64,000 bases of DNA, from NCBI RefSeq assembly GCF_009914755.1, contig NC_060925.1; one strand, 5' to 3'. The notes under the pieces are model-generated. The model saw only the letters and a program-made list of their open reading frames with translations, ran no database searches and was not told the origin of the DNA. Both the position numbers and the translations under genes were made by a program. Shown in pieces: positions 11,170-23,508 of this stretch. This DNA comes from the human T2T-CHM13v2.0 reference genome, Homo sapiens. Numbering within the stretch: the first letter of the stretch is position 1; each line of letters opens with the position of its first letter.

Positions 11170-13743
11170 TGCTATGGTTTGTATGTGGTTTGTCCTCACC
11201 AAAACTCATTAAGTTTGACTGCCAGTGAGGCAGTGTTGGAGGTGAGGCCTGATGGGAGGTGTTTGGGTCATAGGAGTTTCACCCTCACAGGTGCCTTGGT
11301 GCTGTTTTTGCTGTAGTGAGTTCTTCTCAAGACACAGGGTTAGTTGTAGCAGAAATGGATTAGTTCTCACAAGAGTGGTTGTTATAAAGTGAGAACACAC
11401 TTCATGTTTGGCCCCTTCCTGTGTTTACTTCCCCTTTGACCTTCCACCGTGTTATAACAAAGCACCAAAGTCCTCACCAGAAGCTAGTGCCATGCCCCTG
11501 AACTTCTCAGCCTGCAGAACCATGAGATAAATAAACCTTCTTTGTTTATAAATTGCCCAGTCTCAAGTATTCTGTTATAGCAGCACAAAACAGACTAAGA
11601 TAGAAAATTGGTGCCAGGAGTGGGATATCGCTATAAAGAAACCTGAAAGTATAGAAGCAGCTTGGAAATGGTTAAGAGGCAAGAGTTGAAAAAGTTTGGA
11701 GGAGCAGACCAGCAAAAGCCTGTATTGCTATGACTTAAACATTAAGTGTGATTCTGGTGAGGGCTCAGAAGAAGACAAAAAGATGAGGGAAAGATTGGAA
11801 CTTCTTAGAGATCAGTTAAGCAGTCATGACCAAAATGCTGATAGAAAATGGACCATAAAGGCCATTCTGATGAGGTCTCAGATGGAAATGAGGATATTGA
11901 TCTGGAAACTGGAGCAATGGTCAGCCTTGTTATATGGTTGCAAAGAACGTGGCTATATTTTGTCCATGCCCTAGGGTTTTGTGGAAGGCCAAACTTAAGA
12001 GCAATAATATAGCATATCTGTGGAAGGAATTTCTAAGCAGCAAAGCACTCAGGCTGCTGCATGTTTACTTCTAACTGCTTACAGTGAACTGCTAGGAAAA
12101 AAGGGAAGCAAAGTAGAAAGATCTGGAAAATTCACAGCCTGGCCATGTGGCAGAGAATTAAAAAAAACATTTTTCAAGAGAGACATTAAGAGTTTGGTGG
12201 AGCAACACTTACTAAAGAGATTAGCATGGCTAAAAGGGAATCAGGTGCTTATAGTCAAAACAATGGGGAAAAGGCTTCAAAGGCATGTTTAAGGTTTTTG
12301 AGGGCACCCTTCCCATTACAGACCCAGAAGCCTAGGAAGACAGAATGGTTTCAGGGGACAGGTCTGGGGCACTGCTGCCCTGTGCTGCCTCGGGATGCTA
12401 GCTCCCCTCAGGATACTACTGCAATGGCTCAAGTGACCCCAGGTGAGAAAAAGAGACTCATGTGGCCACTCCAGAGGGTGCAAGCAGTAAGCCTTGGAAT
12501 CATGTGGTGTTAACTCTTTAGGCCTGCGGAATGTGAGAGCTATGAAGTATGTCTTCCTCCACCAAGATTCCAAAGGATATATGGAAAAGCCTGTGGGCCC
12601 AAGCAAAGACTTGTCACAGGGGAGGAGCGCTGCAGAGAGCCTCTACTAGGGCAATGACAAGAGGAAATGTAGAGTTGGAGCTGCCACAGCGAGTCCCCAC
12701 CAGGGCAATGCCTAGTGGAGATACAAGGGCAGGGCTGCCACTGGGACCCCCAGAATTGTAGAGCCACTGGAACATGCAACGTCAGCTCAAAAAAGCCACA
12801 GGCATTTGACTCCAACTTATGAGAGCAACCAAGTAGGATATGCCCAGCAAAGCCATGAGAACAGTGCTGTGCAAGGCCTTGAGAGCTCACCACTCACACT
12901 AGTGTGCCCAGAATGTGGGACATGGAGTCAAAGGAGATCATTCCAGAGGGTTAAGATTTAATGTTTACCCCGAAGGGTTTTATTTTTGCTTGGAACCTGT
13001 TACGTCTTTCATCTTTTGGTGTATTTCTCCATTTTGTAATGGGAATATCTACCCTATGCCTGTTCCACCATTGTGTCTTGGAAGTAAATAACTTGTTTTT
13101 TATTTTATGAACTCAGAACTAAAAGGAACTTGCCTTGAGGCTCAGATAAGACTTTGATCTTTGGACTTTTACACTGGTGCTAGAACAAATTAAGACTTTT
13201 GGGACCACTAAGAGGGAATGATTGTATTTTACCTGTAAGAAGGACATGAGTTTTGGTCAGGGGATGGGAGTTGGCCAGGGGTGGAATGCTATGGGGTGGA
13301 ATGTTATGGTTTGGACATGGTTTGTCCCCACCAAAACTCATATTGAAGTTTAGTTGCTAATGTGGCCATACTGGGAGATGGGGTCTAATGAAAGGTGTTT
13401 AAGTCACAGGGGCTGCACCTCATGGGTCTTGATGCCATTCTTAAAACAGTGAGTGAGTTCTCACTCTCATAAGACTAGATTAGCTCTTGGGGGAATGGAT
13501 TAGTTCCTGCAAGAATGGATTGTTATAAAGCATGGATGCCCTTCATATTAGGCTCCTTCATACATGCCCACTTCCCACGACCTTCCACCATGTTATGACA
13601 CAACAAGAAAGACCTTTTCAGAAGCCAGCACCATGTCCTTGAACTTCCCAGCCTGCAGAACTGTGAGCTAAATAAACTTCTTTTCTTTATAAAGTATCCA
13701 GTATCAGGTATTCTATTATGGCAACATAAAACAGACTAAGATA
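11170..13743 (+). mobile_element. Full-length MaLR provirus (MSTB/MSTC-type LTR - internal region - LTR)
   Basis: 5' LTR 11170-11602, internal region starting gaaaattggtgccagg, PPT near 13278, 3' LTR ~13302-13743; both LTRs end acagactaagata; TSD atagt/ataat. Confidence 0.92.
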
Positions 13744-13749
13744 ATAATG

Positions 13750-14180
13750 TTCCTGAACACCTGTCTTCCCTCTCCCCTGCATGATTATTAACCTTTCCTA
13801 CCCATTGCTTGTGACTTGCAGTGCCTTCCTAAAGGAAGGGTACCTTGCCCATTGACGACAAGCATAATTATGTACTTGTCTTGGCCAATAAAATGTGAAT
13901 GAAAGTGACAGTGTTCCCGTTCCACAAAGACACTTCAAGAGGCATTCCATGATTTTACTAGCTCCTTTCGTCCCTCTGCCATGAGAATGGCATGTCTCAG
14001 ATAAGGTTGCTCCTCCATCCTAGATCCCAGATGCCAGGAAACAGCTTGGAACAGGAGTAGAACGACAGCTGACTGGCAATGAGCATGCAATATGAACAAG
14101 AAATAAGTATTTGGTTATAAGCCACTGGGTTTTGGGGTTGTACTTATCACAACATAACTTAGTGAAAGCTGGTGAACACA
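13750..14180 (+). mobile_element. MLT1I/J-type MaLR LTR
   Basis: ttggccaataaaatgtgaatgaaagtgac; aagaaataag...taagccactgggttttggggttg...caca. Confidence 0.75.
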
Positions 14181-14469
14181 GCACCCAATAAAAGTTTGTT
14201 GAATAAATGAATATACTGAAAAAACAATGAATGAGTGAGTGAATTATGTTTTCTCCAGTACCTAGCTAGGACTATGGTTCTTATGTACATCACCAAATCA
14301 ACTAATTTAAGCATGTGCTCTTTTAATAGTGACTATATTATCTGACACTTACTTTGGATATAAATACTTTTAACTAAAAAGTCAGGCATGACCTTGTAGT
14401 CATCCAGACACCACTCGGAATATCCATCCCCAGAACCCATGTGGAAGTAAAGTGGCAGTGAAGAGACCA

Positions 14470-14650
14470 ACACTTCTTGGGCAACTACTGTTTCAAACAC
14501 TTTACATATGCCAGCTCAGCAGAGCCCCTTCAAGTATATTTTCCAGATGTGGAAACAGGCTCAGAAACCCTGAGAAGGTCATCAGAGATATAAGTGATGG
14601 TACACGTGTGAACGCAGATCTGTTTGAGTACAAAGCCCATGTTTTCCATT
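14470..14650 (-). mobile_element. MIR
   Basis: attttccagatgtggaaacaggctcaga antisense core. Confidence 0.65.
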
Positions 14651-15034
14651 AAAGGACGCTATAACCATCAAAGTACTTGGAGATAAGCCAGGGAAGTCTG
14701 GCTAACCAACAACACTCCTCCTATACTACCTATATTCCTCACCTCTTTTTCTTATTTTTTGGCACATGGCCCAAAATGTTAACAGTTGGAGATTCAAGTG
14801 AGATAATTTGAAAATGCAACACTCCTGGTGGGATTAAACAGACTATCCATCATTAGTCTCAGTAAATGAATTTTTTAAATCAGATTGTTTTCTCATCACA
14901 AAATTTAAATCTGTCCAAGAAAAGAGAAAATGCTAGTTTGGGTATAATAGAAGAGGGAGAAAGTGGAAAGAGTAGCTCCCATCAGGGGCTGCTTTTCTGT
15001 GGGGCTGAGCAGGTAAGATAATGAGTGAAGAAGG

Positions 15035-15290
15035 CTGGGTAGGGTATTGGCAAGCTGGAGTCCACAGACCTGACCTAAAGGGGACAGCTCCTGGTCTATT
15101 TCAGTCAATTACTATTAGGTAGGAATGCCAGGCTTTTAGAAGTTGGAAATCTGGACATGTATTTGGAGTCTCCAAATGTTTAAATGTTGGCAACTAATTC
15201 AAGTTGTTTTTTTCAATACTGTATATTCGAACCTTTCTTCCAAAAGTTGTTATATGGGTTCTGACATATGTGTCACCTATTTGTTACTCA
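15035..15290 (-). mobile_element. MER102-like hAT element
   Basis: tttaaatgttggcaactaattcaa and ctaaaggggacagc match the recalled MER102 consensus. Confidence 0.65.
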
Positions 15291-16069
15291 CAGGACACTT
15301 GAGAGAATTGCATGTTTAGAGCAGCCTACATTTAGAGGAGATAAAGGGAAGGGGGAAGTCAGAGCATATTATAAGACCCTTGTGCTTAGGAGGGAGAGGA
15401 GAAGGGGCAGAGGACAGTGAAAGGCAGGTACAGAATGTAAATGGAAAGTCACTGAAAAACTTCTTTTAATGCAATTGGCTTGGCCTGACTTCGTTCTTCC
15501 CTATTTCAGCACTGCATCAAATAAAAGCAAATTCTGATAAGGAAAAGCCATTTGTTCCAGAATAAACTTCATTACTCTGCTAAATATCTTTACTGGATTT
15601 CATTTGATCCTAGTCATTCTCAATTCAATATTGCACTCAGCCAGCTTAACCTTTTAAAAGGAGTTTTATTGATGGTGTGTTATGCAGACATTAACATTTC
15701 TCAAAAAAAAAAACAAGAAAGAAAGAAATAGAAAAAATTAAATTGCTCTGCTTAGCGATCTTAATTATCTGGAATAATTAGCTCCAGTCAATTCTCCAAC
15801 AAGAGCTCTCCAGAGAAATCAGTGTTTAGGGAAAGGGAAAGAAAGGAGGAGCCAAACTTGGGATCAAAGCAAGTATTTGGCAAGTTATTTGGAAATATCT
15901 AATTAACCCCGAGAGTGAAGCTGACAATCAAAGCCACTTTTTTTGGTACTTAATTATTAAAAGCAAATGAAGAAAGTAAATATTCAGGGAACTGGTCTAT
16001 TGAGCGTTGGAAAATAGGAGCCACTTTGTGCCAAAGTACTCAATAATCCCCAAATACATTGGCATGCAT

Positions 16070-16356
16070 GCTCCATGCCTTTGTTCCTGCTAATCTCTGT
16101 TTAAGATATTTTTCCACCCCATCTCTGCTTAGAAACTCCTACTAGGCCTCTATGATATCATCCCTAACCCACGTTTCTCCCATACCAGAGAAAATTATTC
16201 TCCCCTTTTTGTCCATAGTACTCATACTGTTGTGCCTTCATTAGGTATTTTTCTGCCCCCCTAGATGGTAAGCATAGTGCATATTCATCTCTGTATCCCC
16301 AGTGCCTAGTGTGTCTGGAACAGAGTAGGTGCTTTATAAGTGGAAGTTGAATGAAT
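16070..16356 (+). mobile_element. L2 3' end
   Basis: ttcatctctgtatccccagtgcctagtgtgtctggaacagagtaggtgct...gttgaatgaat. Confidence 0.8.
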
Positions 16357-16411
16357 CTACAGAGCAACAGCTTTTTATGCAGTCTGGTACATACTGGAAA
16401 GTCAACAAATC

Positions 16412-16585
16412 TTCCCTTGTTTTTCTTTCTTGCCTTTTTTCTCCCTCCTCCTCTATTCTTTCTTTCTTTCTTTCTTCTTTCTTTCTTCCTTCCTTTCTTT
16501 CTTCTTTCTTTCTTTTTTCTCTCTCTCCCTTTCTCTTTCTTTCTTCTTTCTCTTTCTTTCTTTCTCCTTCCTTCCTTCCTATTTA
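16412..16585. repeat. (TTTC/TTCC)n polypyrimidine low-complexity tract
   Basis: Direct reading. Confidence 0.92.
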
Positions 16586-16919
16586 TTTTAGTTTTAGGTT
16601 CTACCATTAAAGGTATTGATTTCAGAGCTGCTGGGCCCAAACAACAGTGTTCTCCTATGTGAGTCTGTGGTTTTGACTTGTGATTGACTTTCAATAAGCC
16701 AATGCAAATTTCAGTGGAGTGGCTGAGAAACCCCAGTGCCCAGGTAGCATGGGGGTACTCGATGCACAACCCCATTAGAAGAGAAATTTCTTGATTTGCA
16801 GCCACTACTCGGGCTTGCAGTGTGAGAAACTTCAGTTCCCAGAAGAAGAATTTAAAGAAGAAATGATGCACAAAGCATCTGCTAATGTAACCCTGGGTTA
16901 TTTTTTAAAACTAGCTTGT

Positions 16920-17934
16920 CACTGTTGGTACATAAATCAGTACAGCCATTATGGAAAACAGTATGGAAGTTCCTCAAAATACTAAAATTAGAACTAACAT
17001 ATGATTCAGCAATTCCACTACTGGGTATATATTCAAAAGAAAGGAAATCAACATATCAAAGAGATATCTGCACACTTAACGTGTATTGCAGCACTATTCA
17101 CAATAGCCTAAATATGGAATCAACCTAAGTGTCCAACAGATGAATAGAGAAAGAAAATGTATATGTACACAATAGAATATTACTCAGCCATAAAAAATAA
17201 TGAAATCCTGTCATTTGTAGCAATGTGCATGGAACTGGAGGTCATTAGGTTAAGTGAAATAAGCCAAGCACAGAGACAAATATTGCATCTTCTCACTTAT
17301 ATGTGGGAGCTTAAAAAGTAGATGCCATAAAGATAAAGAGCAGACTGGTAGTTGCTGGAGGCTGGGAGAGTGGAGGGAAGGGGGAATGAAGAGAAGCTGA
17401 TTAATGAATACAAATATATAATTATATAGAAGAAATAAGATATGGTGTTCAATGGATCAGCAGGGTGACTATCATTAATATTAATCTATTGTACATTTCA
17501 AAATAGCTAGAATGTGCGCCGGGTGCGGTGGCTTATGCCTGTAATTCCAACATTTTTGAAAACCAAGGCAGGCAGATTGCTTGAGCCCAGGAGTTTGAGA
17601 TCAGCCTGGGCAACATGGCAAAAACCCGTCTCTTTAACAAATACAAAAATTAGTCCACATGGTGGTGCACGCCTCTAGTTGCAGCTACTTGGAGGGCTGA
17701 GGCAGGAGGATTGCTTGCACCTGGGTAGAGGGGAGTCCAGCCTGGGTGACAGAGACTCTGTCTCAAAAAGAAAAAAAAACAGCTAGAATGTTTCAAAATT
17801 TGAATGTTCCTAGCAAAAAGGAAAGATAAATATTTAAGGTGATGGATAACCCAATTGCTCAGAATTGATTATATGAATGTATCAAATTATCACATGTACC
17901 CCCAAAATATGTACATCTATTATGTATCAATAAG
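16920..17934 (+). mobile_element. L1MA (about L1MA4-6) 5'-truncated 3' end
   Basis: VQPLWKTVW..L..LKLEL.YD.AIPLLGIY motif; perfect 13-bp TSD aaaactagcttgt at 16907-16919 and 17935-17947. Confidence 0.92.
17516..17779 (+). mobile_element. AluJ with a right-arm deletion, inserted in L1MA
   Basis: J-type gattgcttgagcccagg; TSD aaaa(t/c)agctagaatgt at 17500-17515 and 17776-17791. Confidence 0.93.
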
Positions 17935-18289
17935 AAAACTAGCTTGTGTACCTGCCGTGAGGACCATGACAATCCTGGGGGCCATTTGTAGAATATTCAT
18001 CCCCAGACTCTGAACTGAGTCTTGAAGTCTGAGTAAGAATTTGCTGGGTGAAGAAAAGGGTAACGTTCTTTCAAAAGGAGAGACCAGCATAAACAAGGGT
18101 CCCGGGGGGCAGAACATCATGATAGGAGTAGGAATGCAGGTGAGGTTTTGGTTTTCTGCAGAATATTGGTACTCTGCTATAACCTGTAAATAGAGAGTAA
18201 GAAAGTGAGGCAGGTAGTGTTAAGAAGAGACATTCATAGTCATTGCTAATTTCTGAGCTTGGATGTGGCTGTTAGTTTTAGCCTCAGGG

Positions 18290-19190
18290 TACACTGCCCC
18301 CTGCACTTCCAATCTCACTCAGGTGTCCTACAAGCACCCCAGATTCAATAAGTACAACAATTGATGCTTTACATTTCTCGTAAGCTTTCTTCTCCTCTTA
18401 ACATTCTGTTAATTGCACCATCAATCCTAGTTGTCTAAGGCAAAATTCTTGGAAATCATTCTTGAACCTCTCTTTCCCTCTCTCCCACACCCAATTAACC
18501 AGCAAATCCTGAAGGCTTAGCCTCCTAACATTTCCTGCATCTCTGCATTCTGCCCTATTTCCATTATCACTGCCTTCATCATCTTTTCCCCTGGACAATA
18601 GCCACCCATAACCCCTTACCTCCAGCCTTGCTCACCTCAACTCCAAGCTTCCTACCTATCACTCCTCTGCCAGCATGTTCAGGATAAGGTTCAAACTCCC
18701 AGACATGCATATAAGGACTTCTGAGCCCTGGCCTTGCCTGCCCCTTCTGCTTGATCTCTGTCTACTCACTTCTGCATTGCACTTTCCACTTTGATAAATC
18801 TGAATGGCCTGGAGTTCCATGACACTATATGCTATCTCTCATCTCTGTGTCTTTGCTCCTGCTCTCCCCTCTCCTGAACCCTCCTCTCACTTTTCTTCAG
18901 CTGGCTCTTACTAAACTTTCAACACTCAGTTCTGGCATCTTCTCTTCCAGGAAATCTTCCTTCAAAGTCCAGACTCCCCTAGTGTCCTCCTCTGTGCTCC
19001 TGCAGCCCCCTGTGCACATTCCTGCCCTTTACCTCCCACCATTTCATGGGGATTAAGTAATTACATGAGATCTGTCTCTCCAGGCTCTGGCTTCCTCAAG
19101 GACAGCTGCCACCAGGTCCTATCCATCTTGTAAGTCCAGTTCTTAACGTGGTGGCACTCGGCTGTTACACATATGTTTGTTGAGCTGCAC
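18290..19190 (+). mobile_element. L2 (long 3' fragment)
   Basis: Typical pyrimidine-rich L2 sequence ending ...tatgtttgttga. Confidence 0.75.
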
Positions 19191-19359
19191 TCCAGGCTGT
19201 GCCCTCTGAGATGACTCTTTTGGCAAATAGAAAAGCTCAGCCTAAGCCAAGATGTGCCTGCCCCAAGACACAGCAAAGGAAGGTCCAGAGAACAGCCAAG
19301 GGCTCCAGAGAGTTCCAGAAAGTTTTTGCTCTGTTTTGTTTATAAGTTTCTGAAAAGTG

Positions 19360-19575
19360 GAAAGCATACAGGCTATAGAGTCCAAACATATCTGGGTTGA
19401 AATCTTAGTCCTACCAGTATTAGCTAATGTAACCATTGGAGAAATACGTCATCTCGGTGGGTTTCAGGTAAATTATCTAAAATATTAGGATTATTTGCTT
19501 AAATGGAAAAACTGTTTTTAAAGCCCCTAGCACAGTAACTAGTACAATGTAAGTGCCCAATAAATGTTAGTTCTC
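19360..19575 (+). mobile_element. MIR
   Basis: ggctatagagtccaaacatatctgggttgaaatc...gtaagtgcccaataaatgttag. Confidence 0.75.
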
Positions 19576-19809
19576 TCTTGTAGCCTCCATATTTCTGGAG
19601 AAATAGGAGATCCCCATGGCCTGGAATAGAATAACTTTGGTTGCCAGAAACACAAGATATTCTTGTTTTCTACATGCCTTAAAATCTTATCATTTTAAAC
19701 TCTAATTACTAGTACTAATTGGCTTTCATCTCTTAAGAGCCTATTTTATGCCAGGTACTATGCAAGATCCTCAAGGTACGTTTTCTTACTTATTATTTGT
19801 GATGGTAGC

Positions 19810-20050
19810 GATGTTAGTAAAGTTAGCTCTTACTGAGTCCTTAACTATGCCCTGCTCTGAGTCCTCTCCAAGTATTAACTCATTCAGTCCTCACAATAAC
19901 TTTAAGAGGTAGATAGAGTATCCCCATTTTAAAGATGAGAAAACTGAGTCTCAGAGTTGTTAATTTGCCCAAGGTACATATTATGGAATAATGCTGGGAC
20001 TAGAATTCATCTGCACAACACCAAGGACTCTAATTTTTTCATCTTGCTAT
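19810..20050 (-). mobile_element. MIR
   Basis: tatccccattttaaagatgagaaaactgagtctcagag. Confidence 0.8.
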
Positions 20051-22063
20051 AAAGTATCTTCAGTATTGTACACAGTTTTATTAAAAGTTAAGATGATAGC
20101 TTTATTTTAATACCTTTCCTCATAATGCCCTTTCCACTTTTGGAAACTTTATGTTGTTCAATCAGCAAATAGTGTATTGGGTAAGAGAAACACTAGGTTA
20201 TTTTCAACCTCAAGCTATTTAATGAGATCATTGGAGTCAACTGGTCAACTGTTGTGACCTACGAGAGAGAATATTTTCTGGACTGTGTCTTTATTACTGA
20301 CAGATCATTGTGGCAATGTGTAATATTCAATAACTGACTTGTAACATACCATACTGAATTGTACTACTTGTACAGATTGAATTACGAATGTGCTTTTATA
20401 AAGGCCAACTCTTTGGTCCCAGGAACCCTGAAGACCTCAAGTTAATTGCTCATTCAGCAAGAATTTACTGAATGCCTGATAAATCCCAGGCCTTATTCTA
20501 GTCTGAGGATTCTGAGATGAATAAGTCACTGTCTCTTCTCCTAAGGTACCCACAGTCTCACTGGGGAGATTCACAGAGGAATTGACTTCACCCAGGGTGA
20601 CAAGTAAAGTTCCCCTCTTCAAATCCAAAGCAAGGCTCTAATGTCTCAGGAGTGTTCTTAATGCATCATCCAGAACTCCCTTCATTTTATCCTTAGATAT
20701 ATATTGGCCTAAAAAGCCTCAGCCTGGCATAGTGGAGTGGTTTGGGGCAGAGTAGACTCTCAATGTGGTTAGAGAGCACTGAGGACCCCTGCTTCTATGT
20801 GGACTCTCACATGGCTGAGTCTCCTCAGCCCCAGGTGGGAAAAGGGCTGGCCTGAGGTTCTACTGCTGCTGAGTCAGATCCTCCTCTCTTGCTAGACAAA
20901 GAGCATTTTCCTCCCCAACAACAGCGTGTCAGACCGAGCTCCCTGCACCATCCTCCCCCGCAATCTCCCAAGCACAGTATCGACACTTGAGATGGACTGG
21001 AAGGCCCTGAGCAAATATTGGCTCTTGAGAGGTTAATAATTTACAAATGAACTACAGCTGATAAAAAAAAAAAATCAGGGCCTTTGCTGCTGGGATATGG
21101 TGCATGACATGCATGCAGCCAGTCTTCTCCAGTGGGCAACAAAGTGGCAGGCACCAGCTGGCTCCTTTATAAAGGTTTAGAGAGGTGGGCCAGACCTTGT
21201 TCTTTCCCATATAACAACGGGAGTCGTGGGGAGCCCGAGCGTTTGGTCAAACCACCAATATTTCTTCTGTACACAGAAGTCCAGTGAGATGCATAGGCAG
21301 CACGCTTCTCCTGGGGGCAGCTTGGCAGCTCCATTCTTCATGCCAGGAAGGACATCAGGATTTTTATTCAACTCCACAGGCCTGCCACACCATCCCACCA
21401 GCCTTTGCAAACCACTTCTGTACTGTGACTTAGACCCCCTTGGACAGGCAGGTGCCTATGTTTGATCCCCTGCAGAGAGAAGGAAACAAAGCCCACTTTT
21501 TAAAGCTGTTGTTGATTCCTTGGGATTTTGGTGGGCACATACAGGAGTGAGCAAGATGAAGCAGAGGAACAGAAAAAGCCTGCCAGCAAGCAGCCCGTGC
21601 ATTTAGGAGCTGAGAAAGGAGCCCACAACAAATGGACAGAACCAGAATCATTCTGTGTGGAAAAGAGGTGGTTTAGAAGAGAGGGGGCGGTGGCTGTGTT
21701 CATCCTGGGGAGTAGCATAGCAAGGAACAAACAGACAAGGTTCAAGAGGATGAAATGAACTCCTCCTTCAGGAAAGAAATTACTAGGCTTGGACATGAAG
21801 AAACTGTTGTGTTGCAGAATGGATATTTCTATTCCCTGCTCTACTCCATTGTCTGGGCCAGTACCTATGGAAGGCAGATTAACACCAGAGAGCATTTAGT
21901 AATTTTAGTAATTTTCTCAGGTGAAGAACCAGAAACTCTTTTTACATAGTAGTCCATAAAAGCTATGCTAAGAAGAAACCCATTCTGGCAGTGAGAAAGT
22001 TTGTGCTGTTTTATCATCCTCTCCCCACCCTGCTACCCAGCCCAAAGTAGAACCCAGAACAGC

Positions 22064-22420
22064 ACACACATAATCACACTCAACACACAAATACACACAC
22101 ACAGAGGACATAATCACACTCACACATACACACAGAGGACATAATCACACTCACACACACACACACAGAGGACATAATCACACTCTCACACACACACAGG
22201 ACATAATCACACACACACACTCACACTGCACATATTACACTCACACTGGACATACACACACACACACTGGCACACGCACATACTCAGATGTACTCATACA
22301 CGTGCTCAGACTTGCACATACACTCAAAAGTAACCAAACACAAGTGCTCACACTTGCATTCACATACATGCTCCCAGGTGCAAACACACACGCTCCCAGG
22401 TGCAAACACACACACAAACT
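22064..22420. repeat. CA-rich compound minisatellite
   Basis: About 5 copies of (gagg)acataatcaca separated by variable (CA)n, plus 2 copies of gctcccaggtgcaaacacacac. Confidence 0.9.
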
Positions 22421-23196
22421 CATACCTGAGCCCATCAAGAAGAGAGCTGGGGGAACAAATGACCATGCCTGAGCCTGGGGAGAACAGATGGAGCCAGGCA
22501 GAGAGTCCTGGTGGGAGGCTTTCAGCCCTGCGCTTCCCCACATCTGCAATGTCCTTCGTGATCATGTCCACACACCTCCAAATCTTACCCACATGTAGGT
22601 GCCCCCAGCCAGAGAGGCTGCTCAGCCCTTGTTCTTGGGAACTGCTTCCACTGCACAAAGAGGGGTCTTAGCAGCCATGTTTCTGGGGACAGTTCCCCTG
22701 GCCATAGCTAATGAGTTTACAGACTGGAGTCCTGACACTCTGCTTGATTAATCACATTAGATCACCTGGAAACTGAATGTTTCATCAGAGAAACAAAGAA
22801 TGTTTGGCACTGAATTACATTGACAGGGGAACTCTCTGGGGAAGGGCCACAGATTCCACCACAGGGTCCCTGAAGATCTTTGCTTCTCACCCCTACCTGA
22901 GACTTACTTGTTGAGTTTTTTCATGGGTTCTGTGAGATAGTAGAGTCTGCTGCCTGTGAACACCTTTTGTTACAAAAGCTAGACTCACTTTAATTTATTT
23001 GCAAAAAAACAATTAATATACCATCCATTGTAATTCTATTCAAATATCCACTCCTGCCCATGTCTCCAGCTAGAAGAAATCTGTTCATCCTCAGAGCATT
23101 CAAAGCATTTTTATGGCCTCATTTTCTTCCCTGTACCATTCATTTCTCTCTTACCCTTAGTACTAGATCATATGCTCCTTTAAGGTACAAGTTATG

Positions 23197-23508
23197 TTTT
23201 TTTGTTTTGTTTTTTGTTTGAGACAGGGTCTTGTTCTGTTATCCAGGATGGAGTGCAGTGGCATGATCATAGCTCACTACAGCCTTGACCTCCTGGATTC
23301 AAGGGATCCTCCCAACTCAGCCTCCCAAGTAGCTGCGACTATAGGTGCACCACCACAGCTGGTTAATTTTTCATTTAAAAAAAATTTAGTAGAGACAAGG
23401 TCTTGCCATGTTGCCCAGGCTGGTGTCAAACCCATGAGCTCAAGCGATCCTCCCACCTCAGCCTCCCAAAAGTGCTGGGATTACAGGTGTAAGCCATCAC
23501 ACCTGACC
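23197..23508 (-). mobile_element. AluJ inserted in an L2 tail
   Basis: T-tail, gagacagggtcttg..., J-type ctcaagcgatcctcccacctcagcc. Confidence 0.93.

Noticed and set aside
11696-12893. Cluster of ORFs in the MST internal region
   Set aside because: Fragments of the decayed MaLR internal ORF, broken by stops and frameshifts
22064-22215. Repeat-spacer pattern resembling a CRISPR array
   Set aside because: The spacers are only (CA)n, the core is short and non-palindromic, there are no cas genes and the context is primate
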